Assembly (NCBI GenBank): GCA_031550325.1
Contig: JAVBOR010000026.1
Coordinates: 5,274-69,273 of the forward strand
From: Oscillospiraceae bacterium
GTDB lineage: Bacteria > Bacillota > Clostridia > Oscillospirales > UBA929
Direction of reading: 5' to 3'
Length of the DNA: 64,000 nt
Translations under genes and position numbers: made by a program
Notes under the pieces: model-generated
What the model was told of the DNA's origin: nothing
Seen by the model: only the letters and a program-made list of their open reading frames with translations
Database searches by the model: none
In this document: positions 9,238 to 20,310 of the stretch, one piece after another
Layout of the letters: each line of letters begins with the position of its first letter
Position numbering within the stretch: position 1 is the stretch's first letter

Positions 9238-9513
9238 TTAGTTGTTGACAGCGTCTTTAAGGGCCTTACCGGGTTTAAAAACCGGAGACTTCGAGGCCGA
9301 AATGGAGATTTTTTCTTTGGTCTTGGGGTTGCGGCCAACGCGCGCTTTGCGGTCTTTCACTTCAAAGGAGCCAAAGCCAACGAGTTGAACTTTATCGCCG
9401 CCGGTCAGGGCATCGGAAACGGTGTCGAATACCGCAGTGATCACGCTTTCGGAGTCTTTTTTAGTAAGACCGGTTTTTTCAGCCACGGAGTTGACAAGCT
9501 CAGCTTTGTTCAT
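9238..9513 (-). CDS. hup: DNA-binding protein HU
   Basis: [22 protein letters not shown]. Confidence 0.97.
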   Translation of the reverse strand: MNKAELVNSVAEKTGLTKKDSESVITAVFDTVSDALTGGDKVQLVGFGSFEVKDRKARVGRNPKTKEKISISASKSPVFKPGKALKDAVNN

Positions 9514-9543
9514 AGTAGATGATCCTCCTCATGTTCTTCTGAA

Positions 9544-9573
9544 TAGTATGCTAACGGCCAACAAAATCCATAC
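9544..9573 (-). promoter_or_regulatory. Putative sigmaG-type (forespore) promoter of hup
   Basis: GTATG-N18-CATACTA on minus strand. Confidence 0.5.
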
Positions 9574-9604
9574 GCCGTTATAGCCAAAAGGTTGCAGGGA
9601 AACA

Positions 9605-10243
9605 TTAGGACAGTTCGTCCACAAAACGGCGGCAACGCGCAAGCAAGGCCTGTTCGGCGTCCAGCCCGGAGGCGCAGGCGCGCTTTACAAGGTCAAACAG
9701 CTCGTCCCCCAGCTCGTCCTGCGTCATCGAGCCGCTCTGCGTCGGCGCAATGAGCTTTGCCTTGCCGGCGCGCGAGATCAGCTTGCCGGCCTTCATGAGC
9801 GCGGGCAGGGTGGAGGGAACGGCGCGCAGCGGGTCGAGCGGCTGGGTTTGTCCTTTGGTCTGACGCTTGATCTGATCCCACTGGGCGAGAACCTCTTGAG
9901 AATCCTTGACCTGCGACTGGCCAAACACATGCGGATGGCGCGTGATCAGTTTTGTACAAATTCCCGCGATCACGTCGTCGATGGAGAAGTCTCCATGCTC
10001 GGCGGCCATCTGGGCGTGAAACACCACCTGAAGCAGCACATCGCCCAGCTCTTCGCACAGAGCGCCCGTGTCATGGAGCTCTATGGCCTCCAAGGCCTCA
10101 TAACTCTCCTCCAGAAGATTCGCGCGAATGGACTCGTGCGTTTGCTCCCGATCCCATACACAGCCCTCCGGAGAGCGCAGAATCCGCATGACGGACACCA
10201 ATGTATTCCAATTTGGCAATCCGTCCATTAGCAAATCTATCAT
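9605..10243 (-). CDS. mazG: MazG-family nucleoside triphosphate pyrophosphohydrolase
   Basis: LRSPEGCVWDREQTH, EELGDVLLQVVFH, RHPHVF. Confidence 0.92.
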   Translation of the reverse strand: MIDLLMDGLPNWNTLVSVMRILRSPEGCVWDREQTHESIRANLLEESYEALEAIELHDTGALCEELGDVLLQVVFHAQMAAEHGDFSIDDVIAGICTKLITRHPHVFGQSQVKDSQEVLAQWDQIKRQTKGQTQPLDPLRAVPSTLPALMKAGKLISRAGKAKLIAPTQSGSMTQDELGDELFDLVKRACASGLDAEQALLARCRRFVDELS

Positions 10244-10278
10244 ATCTTTAGCCTTTCTTCAAGTGTTTTTTTAATTTC

Positions 10279-11880
10279 TTACTTTATTCTTAAAAATTTC
10301 GCAATATTTTCCCCCTTGGGTATTGACATAAGATCGGATTTTGGCAACGCACGTAACAAAAGCACTAAAACGAAATAACATAAACAGCCCAAAAGAATGG
10401 CGCCAAGAAGTGAAATGGTGTTGCCCGTAAAGCGGATGAACAGGAAATAGCTGCCCCGCGCGACAAACGCCATGCCCAATGCGGCGATGAGCGGCTTTAT
10501 AAAAACCGAGAGCGTGCGCGCGCCTGAGCGCGTGACGCGCAGGATAAACAGCAGATTGAGCACAGAAATCAGGGCGTAGCACAAAACGGTGCCGATGGGC
10601 GCGCCGTTAATGTTGATGGAGGGGTTGCCGACAAGCACATAGTTGCAGACGATTTTCGCCAGCGCGCCCACCGCCATGGTGGCCACGGGCAGCGAGACAA
10701 GTCCAAGACTCTGCAAAATCGCCGAGGTGAGCGAAACCAGACTGACAAAAATGATGCCGATGGCCAGCGTTGACAGCAGGGGAGCGCCGATGGCGACGCC
10801 CTCGGGGTGAGCCCCGTAAAACATCGTGAGGATGGGGTTTGACAGCACCATCATACCCAGCGCCGCGGGGAAGACCAGCAGCGACGTGACGCGCAGCGAA
10901 GAGCGGACGGTACTGACGACAAGCTTTTGGTTGCGGTTTGTACGCGCCGCCGAAAGAGCCGGGATGATGCTGATGGACAGCGGGATGATGAAGCCCGGCG
11001 GGAAGTTAAAAAACGTAATGGCCCAGGTATACGCGCCGTAAACCTCTTTGGCGGCCTGCTCGGTAAAGCCCGCAGCGCTCTGCAGCCGGCCCAGAACGAG
11101 CGATGTGTCAATCAGACTCGTGATGTTGAGTACCGCCGAGCCGATGGTGATGGGCAGGGCGATTTTGAGCAGTGTGGAGAGAATGCCGCGGCGCGAATGG
11201 TTTTGGCGCCCTTCGGGGGCGTGAGGGCGCTTGACAAAAAACATGTATACGGCGGCGAGCGCTGTGCCGACGCTGACGCCCAAAATGGCAGCCGAGGCTT
11301 GTATGTCGATGCCGAAGGACGCGTTGACGGCGAGGTGGACGAGCAGAAGGCCAAACGCCGCTTTGCCCGCGACTTCAATGATTTGGGACATGGCCGTGGG
11401 CTTCATGTTGCCCATACCCTGATGGTATCCGCGGAAAGGACAGATAATGCACACAAAGAAGATCGCGGGCGCGATGGCGCGGATGGGGGCGACGGCGTCC
11501 CCGGCGTCGTTCATCCATACGGCGATGACCGGCGCGCCAAAAAACATCGCTAATGATCCCACCACGCCGATGACAAAGAAAAGCGTGGAGGCCACGCGGA
11601 AAACCTCACGCGATTCCTGAGGACGGCCCAGCGCTTCGGCCTCGGAGACCATTTTGGAGATGGCCACGGGAAGGCCGGCAGTTGACAGCGCGAACAGCAC
11701 CGAGTAAATCTGGTAGGCCACCTGAAAATGCGCCGAGCCCTCCTGCCCCAAGATGTTTTGAATGGGGATTTTATAGACCATGCCGATGAGCTTGACAAGC
11801 CCGGTGGCGATGGCAAGAATCAGCGCGCCGTGCAGAAAGCTCTGTTTCGCATCCTTTTGGATGCGACGGGATCCGGACAT
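10279..11880 (-). CDS. SpoVB/YabM-type polysaccharide biosynthesis flippase (MOP superfamily)
   Basis: SFLHGALIL, AGLPVAISKMVSE, FRGYHQGMGNMKPTA; many TM segments. Confidence 0.9.
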   Translation of the reverse strand: MSGSRRIQKDAKQSFLHGALILAIATGLVKLIGMVYKIPIQNILGQEGSAHFQVAYQIYSVLFALSTAGLPVAISKMVSEAEALGRPQESREVFRVASTLFFVIGVVGSLAMFFGAPVIAVWMNDAGDAVAPIRAIAPAIFFVCIICPFRGYHQGMGNMKPTAMSQIIEVAGKAAFGLLLVHLAVNASFGIDIQASAAILGVSVGTALAAVYMFFVKRPHAPEGRQNHSRRGILSTLLKIALPITIGSAVLNITSLIDTSLVLGRLQSAAGFTEQAAKEVYGAYTWAITFFNFPPGFIIPLSISIIPALSAARTNRNQKLVVSTVRSSLRVTSLLVFPAALGMMVLSNPILTMFYGAHPEGVAIGAPLLSTLAIGIIFVSLVSLTSAILQSLGLVSLPVATMAVGALAKIVCNYVLVGNPSININGAPIGTVLCYALISVLNLLFILRVTRSGARTLSVFIKPLIAALGMAFVARGSYFLFIRFTGNTISLLGAILLGCLCYFVLVLLLRALPKSDLMSIPKGENIAKFLRIK

Positions 11881-11938
11881 TCAACCACTACCTTACCCAA
11901 TATCAACTTGCCGCGCAAACAACCGCAGCCGCACTGCA

Positions 11939-11967
11939 ACCATATGACTCCCAAAGCTAAAAAATGC
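11939..11967 (-). promoter_or_regulatory. Putative sigmaE-type promoter of the SpoVB-like flippase
   Basis: GCATTTT-N14-CATATGGT on minus strand. Confidence 0.5.
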
Positions 11968-13231
11968 AGGCCGCCTTGCGCGCGGCGTCCATCACCCGCT
12001 CGCGGTCGATGGTGGGAAATTCGCCATCTTCATAGAGAACGCGCCCGCGCACCATGGTCATCCGGACATCGCTCCCGCGCGCAGTGTAAACCAGATGGGA
12101 GGAGACGCTGTAGCAGGGGGTGAGATGCGGTTTGTCGAAGTCAAGAAGGACAAGATCCGCGTCAAGCCCGACCTCAATGCGCCCGGTCTCATTGCTGCGG
12201 CCGGCTGCCGCCGCCCCGTTTTGGGTCGCCATCGCCAGAACGTCGCGGGCAGTGACCGCACAGGGGGATAGCTGCGCCATGGCGGCAAACTTGAGTTCCT
12301 CAAACAGGTCATGGTTATTGTTGGAGGCCACGCCGTCGGTGCCGAGGGCGACATTGACGGCGCCGCGCAGCATCGCGGGAATATCGGCAACGCCCGAGGA
12401 CAGCTTGAAGTTGCTGACGGGGTTGTGCACGGCGGTCACGCCGCGGCCCGCCAAAAGAGCCAGATCGCCTTCCTCAATGAACACGCAGTGCGCTGCCACG
12501 CCGCCATGGGGCCAAAGCCCGGCCTCACAAAGCACCTGCACAGGGGTTTTGCCCCCGTGGCGCTGCCTGCACTCCTCGTGCTCGCGCCTTGTCTCTGAAA
12601 TATGAATGTGCATGCGCAGGCCCTTTTCGGAGGCCAGCTGCGCCATGGGTGCCCAGAGCGCGCCGGTTGACGTGTATTCGGCGTGCACGGACGCGTCGAT
12701 GCGGATCAGGCCGCGGTCGTGTCCATGCCAGCGCTCGGCAAGTCCGGCCGTCTCATGATAGGCGGCGCTGTCGGGCCAGCTGAAGCCCTCGGGCTGCACG
12801 CAGCCACGTGAAAGGTTGGCCTTGACCCCCGCCGACGCCACAGCCTCGGCCATGGCGTCGCAGTGGTCATACATGTCGATAACACAGGTCGTTCCCCCGG
12901 CAAGGCACTCCATGAGACTAAGCAGGGTGCCCACGCCGACAAGCTCGTCGGTGAGTTTGGTCTCTGCAGGCAAAATGTGGCCGAACAGCCAATCCTGCAG
13001 GTTGAGATCATCGGCAAAGCCGCGCAAAAGCGACATGGGCAGATGGGTGTGCGCGTTGATCAGCCCCGGAATAAGCACCATATGCGGGCGGGCGATGACA
13101 CGCCCGGCCTTTTCCGTGGGCTGCTCCGAGCCGACATAGGCGATTTTGCCGTCCCGAACGCCGACGTAGGCCGGGGAGAGCACGGAGCCGTCGGGCATAA
13201 GCGCCGACACCCCGGAAAACAACATATCCAT
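11957..13231 (-). CDS. Amidohydrolase, 5'-methylthioadenosine/S-adenosylhomocysteine deaminase-like
   Basis: PGLINAHTH, HIHISET, AAHCV, LGTDGVASNN. Confidence 0.88.
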   Translation of the reverse strand: MDMLFSGVSALMPDGSVLSPAYVGVRDGKIAYVGSEQPTEKAGRVIARPHMVLIPGLINAHTHLPMSLLRGFADDLNLQDWLFGHILPAETKLTDELVGVGTLLSLMECLAGGTTCVIDMYDHCDAMAEAVASAGVKANLSRGCVQPEGFSWPDSAAYHETAGLAERWHGHDRGLIRIDASVHAEYTSTGALWAPMAQLASEKGLRMHIHISETRREHEECRQRHGGKTPVQVLCEAGLWPHGGVAAHCVFIEEGDLALLAGRGVTAVHNPVSNFKLSSGVADIPAMLRGAVNVALGTDGVASNNNHDLFEELKFAAMAQLSPCAVTARDVLAMATQNGAAAAGRSNETGRIEVGLDADLVLLDFDKPHLTPCYSVSSHLVYTARGSDVRMTMVRGRVLYEDGEFPTIDRERVMDAARKAACIF

Positions 13232-14053
13232 TTACATGGTCTCCAAACAGCGTAATATCAATTGGGAAAACTTCTTTTTCGAGGCCTCGGAGGTGTCGAG
13301 AACCTCCTGCTCGCTCAGCTCATGGGCCTGAAGTCCTGCCGCCATATTGCAAATGAGCGAAAAGCCCAGGATGCGCATGCCCGCGTGGCGGGCGGCAATG
13401 ACCTCGGGAACCGTGGACATGCCCACGGCGTCTGCGCCTAAAAGGGCGGCGACGCGGATCTCGGCGGGCGTCTCGTACTGAGGCCCCTGGAAGTACATGT
13501 ACACGCCCTCGCGCAGGGGAACGCCGACAAGCTGCGCCGCCGTGCGCGCGACGTCCTGGAGCGTGGGCGTATAGGTGTGGCTCATGTCGGGAAAGCGAGG
13601 GCCGATCGCCGAAAGGTTCGGGCCGCGCAGCGGAGACTGATCGGACAGCTTGATGTGATCGGTGATCAGCATGATGTCCCCTGGCGTGAACGCTTTGTTG
13701 ACGCCGCCTGTGGCGTTGGTCACGAGCAGGGTGTCGGCGCCGAGCATGCTGAGCGCGCGCACGCCGTGCGCCGCCGTCAAAAAGTCATAGCCCTCGTAGT
13801 AATGAAACCTGCCCTGCATGACCGCCACGCGGCGTCCGGACAGACGCCCAAAAATCAGGCGTCCCTGGTGGCCGGGCGCGGTCGAAACGGGAAAGCCGGG
13901 GATGGTGACGTAAGGGAAGTAGACAGCGTCTTCGCAGAGGTCGCCCAGCGCGCCCAACCCCGAGCCGAGGATGAGGATGATTTCCGGCGCGAAGGGGATT
14001 CGGTCGCGCAGGTACGCGACGCTCGCGTCAAGCGCTTTGGCGTGATCATCCAT
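13232..14053 (-). CDS. punA: Purine nucleoside phosphorylase (trimeric type)
   Basis: ILGSGLG, GRFHYYEG, GPQYETPAE, GMSTVPE. Confidence 0.94.
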   Translation of the reverse strand: MDDHAKALDASVAYLRDRIPFAPEIILILGSGLGALGDLCEDAVYFPYVTIPGFPVSTAPGHQGRLIFGRLSGRRVAVMQGRFHYYEGYDFLTAAHGVRALSMLGADTLLVTNATGGVNKAFTPGDIMLITDHIKLSDQSPLRGPNLSAIGPRFPDMSHTYTPTLQDVARTAAQLVGVPLREGVYMYFQGPQYETPAEIRVAALLGADAVGMSTVPEVIAARHAGMRILGFSLICNMAAGLQAHELSEQEVLDTSEASKKKFSQLILRCLETM

Positions 14054-14057
14054 GGCG

Positions 14058-14453
14058 CTATTCCATTGACGTGCCGCAGTATCGGCAGTAACGATCGTCT
14101 CGGCTCAGCTTCTGGCTGCACTTTGCGCAGATTTTGATCTGCTTGAGCTCGTTGATGCGCTGGTTGATCTCCTGAATCGCGTTTTGGTCCTTGTCTACGG
14201 TCGCCAGAAGGTCGTCAACGCTGTCCGTGTCGGTGTTGGGGTCAAGGTGGGCGCTGTACACAAGCTGGCCGATGCTCTGCATGTTTTTGTTGATGTCGTG
14301 CTGCAGGTCGCTTATCTGAAGATTCAACCGCGTGATCTCCCACATGTCGCTGGCTTTTTTGCCGGCGGTGTCCAGCGTGCGGCCGGCAGCCTCTCCGGCG
14401 ATTGAGGCCGTGGATTTGACCTTTTCCAAAAAGTCTTTTACAGTGTTTCCCAT
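14058..14453 (-). CDS. Zinc-ribbon domain coiled-coil protein
   Basis: ATG 14453 after AGGAGG; coiled coil then CAKC...YCRYCG. Confidence 0.8.
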   Translation of the reverse strand: MGNTVKDFLEKVKSTASIAGEAAGRTLDTAGKKASDMWEITRLNLQISDLQHDINKNMQSIGQLVYSAHLDPNTDTDSVDDLLATVDKDQNAIQEINQRINELKQIKICAKCSQKLSRDDRYCRYCGTSME

Positions 14454-14613
14454 TCTCTTTTCCTCCTTTGAAAATGTTGAATCGAAGAGCGCATCGCCTC
14501 GCGCCGCGAGAATAAGCCTGCCGCTGCGCGAAAATGCCGGTCGGCTTCGCCGCCCCTGTTTTTCGCCTCCGCTTGGTCTTATTCTCGCTGCTCGGCGATT
14601 CGGCTCTTCTTTT

Positions 14614-15549
14614 TTACAATACTCCGCCGCCGATGAACTCACGCAGCAGGGACTTGACCGACAAAAGCGATATATCGATTGCCGAAAAGGCCTCCAGGCA
14701 GGGCCGCACCTGCCGCAGCTCATCCAGCCGCTCCACGGTTTCGGGCACTTCGGAAAACAGCGCAATGGCGTGGTCGCGCAGTACGGGCGTCTCGTACGCC
14801 AGCGCCGTGTCAATGGTGATGTCTGCAAGGTGCTTGTAGGGGGAGATGTAGAGCTTCTCTCCGCGTCTGACATTGGCCCAGAGCTGCATTGTGCGCGCCG
14901 CGTCCCAGCCGCGGAAATTGTCGTCGCGGATGATGCGGCGCACCAGGCGCAGCCATGTTCCCTTAAAAAACAACTCGCCATTTCTGCGAATGTTTGAGCG
15001 CGCGGAGACGTAAACGCGGGTGGCGGCGACGTCGCCCTTGAGCAGGGCCGGATTCAGCGCGTGGATGCCCTCAAAAATGGCGACCTCTTCCGAGCGCAAG
15101 CGAACAATTCGTCCCGGATCCTCGGCGCGCATCTGCCGCGTGAAGTCATACCGGGGCATCTCAACCTCATGGCCCGAGGCGAGCGCGGTGAAATGTCGCG
15201 TCAGCAAGGGAATGTCCAGACAGTCGGGCGACTCAAAGTCGATGTTGCCGCGCTTGTCTTTGGGGTGCGTCTCGGGGTTCAGGGTCAGAAAGTAATCGTC
15301 CATGGACAGGACATGCGCGCGGATGCCGATGTAGCTCAGCGCAAGCCCGAGCTTGCCGGCCGTGGTGGTCTTGCCCGACCCGGAAGGACCGGCCAGCAGG
15401 ACGACGGGACGCCGGGTCGAGTGGGTGGCAACGGCGGCGGCAGCCATAGCGAGGTTTGTATTGAGCGCTGCGTCGCACTCGGCCAACAGCCCCCTGGGAT
15501 CGTTGACGGCGCGGCGGTTTATGTCGTTAAAGTCAAAGCTGATCGCCAT
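14614..15549 (-). CDS. Uridine/nucleoside kinase family protein
   Basis: LAGPSGSGKTT, LSMDDYF, EGIHALNP, RRIIRD. Confidence 0.88.
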   Translation of the reverse strand: MAISFDFNDINRRAVNDPRGLLAECDAALNTNLAMAAAAVATHSTRRPVVLLAGPSGSGKTTTAGKLGLALSYIGIRAHVLSMDDYFLTLNPETHPKDKRGNIDFESPDCLDIPLLTRHFTALASGHEVEMPRYDFTRQMRAEDPGRIVRLRSEEVAIFEGIHALNPALLKGDVAATRVYVSARSNIRRNGELFFKGTWLRLVRRIIRDDNFRGWDAARTMQLWANVRRGEKLYISPYKHLADITIDTALAYETPVLRDHAIALFSEVPETVERLDELRQVRPCLEAFSAIDISLLSVKSLLREFIGGGVL

Positions 15550-15567
15550 GTAACGGCTCCTTTTCGA

Positions 15568-17004
15568 TTATAATGCGGGGTTTTGGGACGAAAATAAATC
15601 TTCCTGCCGCCAAAATTGATCCAAAAGCGCCAGGCTGCGATCCAGTTTATCACAGTCGGATAAGTATTCCAAGGGAAACTTGGCATGGCAGACGCGCTCG
15701 ATACGCCCCGTGCGGCCCTCGACGAGCTTGCTCGCGCCGCCCGCGCCAACCGCCACCACGGTGTGAAGCTCTTCCATCATGCACAGATTGTAGAGGCCGA
15801 ATTTTTCGTCTTTGCGCCAGCCCACGTTTTCAAACCCGCCCGACATAAACTTCTGCCTATAAAGGTAATAGGGGGCGTATCCGGCGCGGCGCAACGACTC
15901 GTCCGCGAAAGAGAGCATCTCGCCGACGCCCTGAGCCGACAGGGAGTCATCGTTTTCAAAACGCGAGCCCTTCTTGACGCTGAGGGTGTGTACCGTCACA
16001 TGCTCCGGGGCCAGAGCGAGGATTTGCTCAAGTGTGCGGGAAAAACCCGAGGGCGTGTCCCCGGGAAGCCCGGCGATCAAATCGGTGTTCAGGCACGCGA
16101 AGGAGGCCTCTCGCGCCAGCGCAACGGCCTCAAACACCTGTCCGGCCGTGTGCCGGCGTCCTATGGCCCGCAGAAGCTCGTCGGACAGGGTTTGGGGGTT
16201 GACACTGACCCTGTCTACGCCGCGGCGCTTGAGGATAGAGAACTTTTCGGCGCTGACCGTATCGGGCCGGCCGGCCTCTACGGTGAGCTCGCGCAGGGCG
16301 CTCAGGTCAAAATGCCCGAACAGCGCGCCGAGCAGCGCGTCAAGCTGGGCGGCGGACAGCGTGGTGGGGGTTCCCCCGCCCACATATAGGGAGACAACGC
16401 GGCGGCCGTGCTTTTTGGCCAGCGCGCCGGTGCGCGCGATTTCGTCGAGCAGCCGCTCCAGATAGGGGGCGATCAGCCCGCCGGACTTTTCCACGTCGCT
16501 GGACACAAAGGAGCAGTAGGCGCAGCGCGAGGGGCAAAAGGGGATGGACACATAGAGCGAAACGTCATGCGCGCGCAGGCTATCGCGGACGCTGCCCGCG
16601 GCGCGGGCGCACTCGGCGGCCATCAGCGCGCGGGAAGGGGAGACGTGATAGCGCTCCCTGAGCGCGCGGGCTGGATCTTTGCCCGCGTCGGCGAGTTTCA
16701 GCGCGAGTTTGGCCGGACGGATGCCCGTCAGCGAGCCCCAGGGCGGCTGCTCGGGAAGAAGAGGGCGCGCCGCCGCGTAAAAGCTCCGGCGCAGACCGTG
16801 GTCAACGGCGCCGCCCTCGGCCAAAACGCGCGCCACCCCTCGGGAGGACTGTCCATGGAGCGTGATGACGGTGACACAGGTGAGAAATTTCTCTCCCCGG
16901 TGCAGCGAGGATACGGCCTCGCCGGCCTCCAGACGGCCAAAGTAGTTAAAGAGCGCCTGCTCCACGGGCCAGCGCCGGTCGTGTCCTGTGAGGATAAGCT
17001 TCAT
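15568..17004 (-). CDS. hemZ: HemZ-type radical SAM protein (coproporphyrinogen dehydrogenase-like)
   Basis: PWGSLTGIRP, FCPSRCAYCSF, YVGGGTPT, EAGRPDT, PYYLYRQK. Confidence 0.9.
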   Translation of the reverse strand: MKLILTGHDRRWPVEQALFNYFGRLEAGEAVSSLHRGEKFLTCVTVITLHGQSSRGVARVLAEGGAVDHGLRRSFYAAARPLLPEQPPWGSLTGIRPAKLALKLADAGKDPARALRERYHVSPSRALMAAECARAAGSVRDSLRAHDVSLYVSIPFCPSRCAYCSFVSSDVEKSGGLIAPYLERLLDEIARTGALAKKHGRRVVSLYVGGGTPTTLSAAQLDALLGALFGHFDLSALRELTVEAGRPDTVSAEKFSILKRRGVDRVSVNPQTLSDELLRAIGRRHTAGQVFEAVALAREASFACLNTDLIAGLPGDTPSGFSRTLEQILALAPEHVTVHTLSVKKGSRFENDDSLSAQGVGEMLSFADESLRRAGYAPYYLYRQKFMSGGFENVGWRKDEKFGLYNLCMMEELHTVVAVGAGGASKLVEGRTGRIERVCHAKFPLEYLSDCDKLDRSLALLDQFWRQEDLFSSQNPAL

Positions 17005-17636
17005 TCGCTGAGAGCCTCCAGCATGTTGGCGTTGTAAACGCGTTCACGGGCCAGGGTGGTGGACACGTCGTGCCCCGGATAGACAAGCTTGTCGCCCGGG
17101 AGCGCTGCCAGCCGGCGCAGGGAGGCCAGCATGTCCTGATAATTTCCGCCCGGAAGGTCGCAACGGCCGCAGTCGTCCTCAAACAGCGTATCCCCGCTGT
17201 AAAGCGCGTCGCCGCAGAGAAGGCAGCAAGAGCCTGGCGTGTGGCCGGGCGTGTGCAGCCAGGCGAAGGAGGTGTCGCCGAGGGTAAATGAATCGCCCTC
17301 GGACGCCTGCTTATCGGCCGAAAAGTTCAGCCCGCGCCCGATGCCGACTTTGGACAGGGACAGCGAGGAATGGCGCAGATGACCCGCGTCAAGCGCGTGG
17401 ATGACAATGAGCGCCCCGGTGGCCGAGCGCACCTCGGGCGCTGCCAGCACGTGGTCAAAGTGGCCGTGGGTCAGAAAAATGAACTTCGCGTCAAAGCCCT
17501 CGTCCCGAAGCAGGGCCAGAATGCGCTCGGCGTCGTCGCCCGGGTCGATCACCGCGCACTCGCGCGTTCTCTCATCGGCCACGATGTAGCAGTTGGTCTG
17601 AGCGGCCCCGACCAGAAGCTGTCTGTGTATCGTCAT
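17001..17636 (-). CDS. MBL-fold metallo-hydrolase (glyoxalase II-like)
   Basis: THGHFDH, HTPGHTPGS, GDTLF, PGH. Confidence 0.92.
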   Translation of the reverse strand: MTIHRQLLVGAAQTNCYIVADERTRECAVIDPGDDAERILALLRDEGFDAKFIFLTHGHFDHVLAAPEVRSATGALIVIHALDAGHLRHSSLSLSKVGIGRGLNFSADKQASEGDSFTLGDTSFAWLHTPGHTPGSCCLLCGDALYSGDTLFEDDCGRCDLPGGNYQDMLASLRRLAALPGDKLVYPGHDVSTTLARERVYNANMLEALSE

Positions 17637-18105
17637 CGCAATCCCTCCGCAGTCTTTTTCGTCCGAGCAGCCCTGGAGTCGATCAGCAGGGTGACCGGGC
17701 CGTCATTTTGAGAGAAAACCTGCATCTCGGCGCCAAAAATACCCGATTCCACCACAAACCCCTCGCGGCGGCAGAGTGTGATGACGGCCTCATAGAGCTC
17801 GGCCGCCTGCTCGGGCCGCGCCGCGCCAGCAAAGCTCGGACGGCGTTGCGACACATCGCCGAACAGCGTAAACTGGCTGACAAGCAAGAGCTGCGCGCCG
17901 GTGTCCCTGGGCGAGAGGTTCATCTTTCCTGAGCTGTCCTCAAAGACGCGCAGACCGCATATGCGGTCCGCCATATACTGAGCGTCCTCCGGAGTGTCGT
18001 CTAGTCCTACGCCGAGCAGCACCAAAAAGCCCTTGCCGATCGAGCCCGCCACCGAGCCGCCGACCTCAACAGAGGCGTTTTGTACGCGCGTGACCACGGC
18101 GAGCA

Positions 18106-18106
<1 letters not shown>
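17633..18106 (-). CDS. dtd: D-aminoacyl-tRNA deacylase
   Basis: VSQFTL, RPSF, NDGPVT. Confidence 0.95.
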
Positions 18107-20307
<2,201 letters not shown>

Positions 20308-20310
20308 GAT

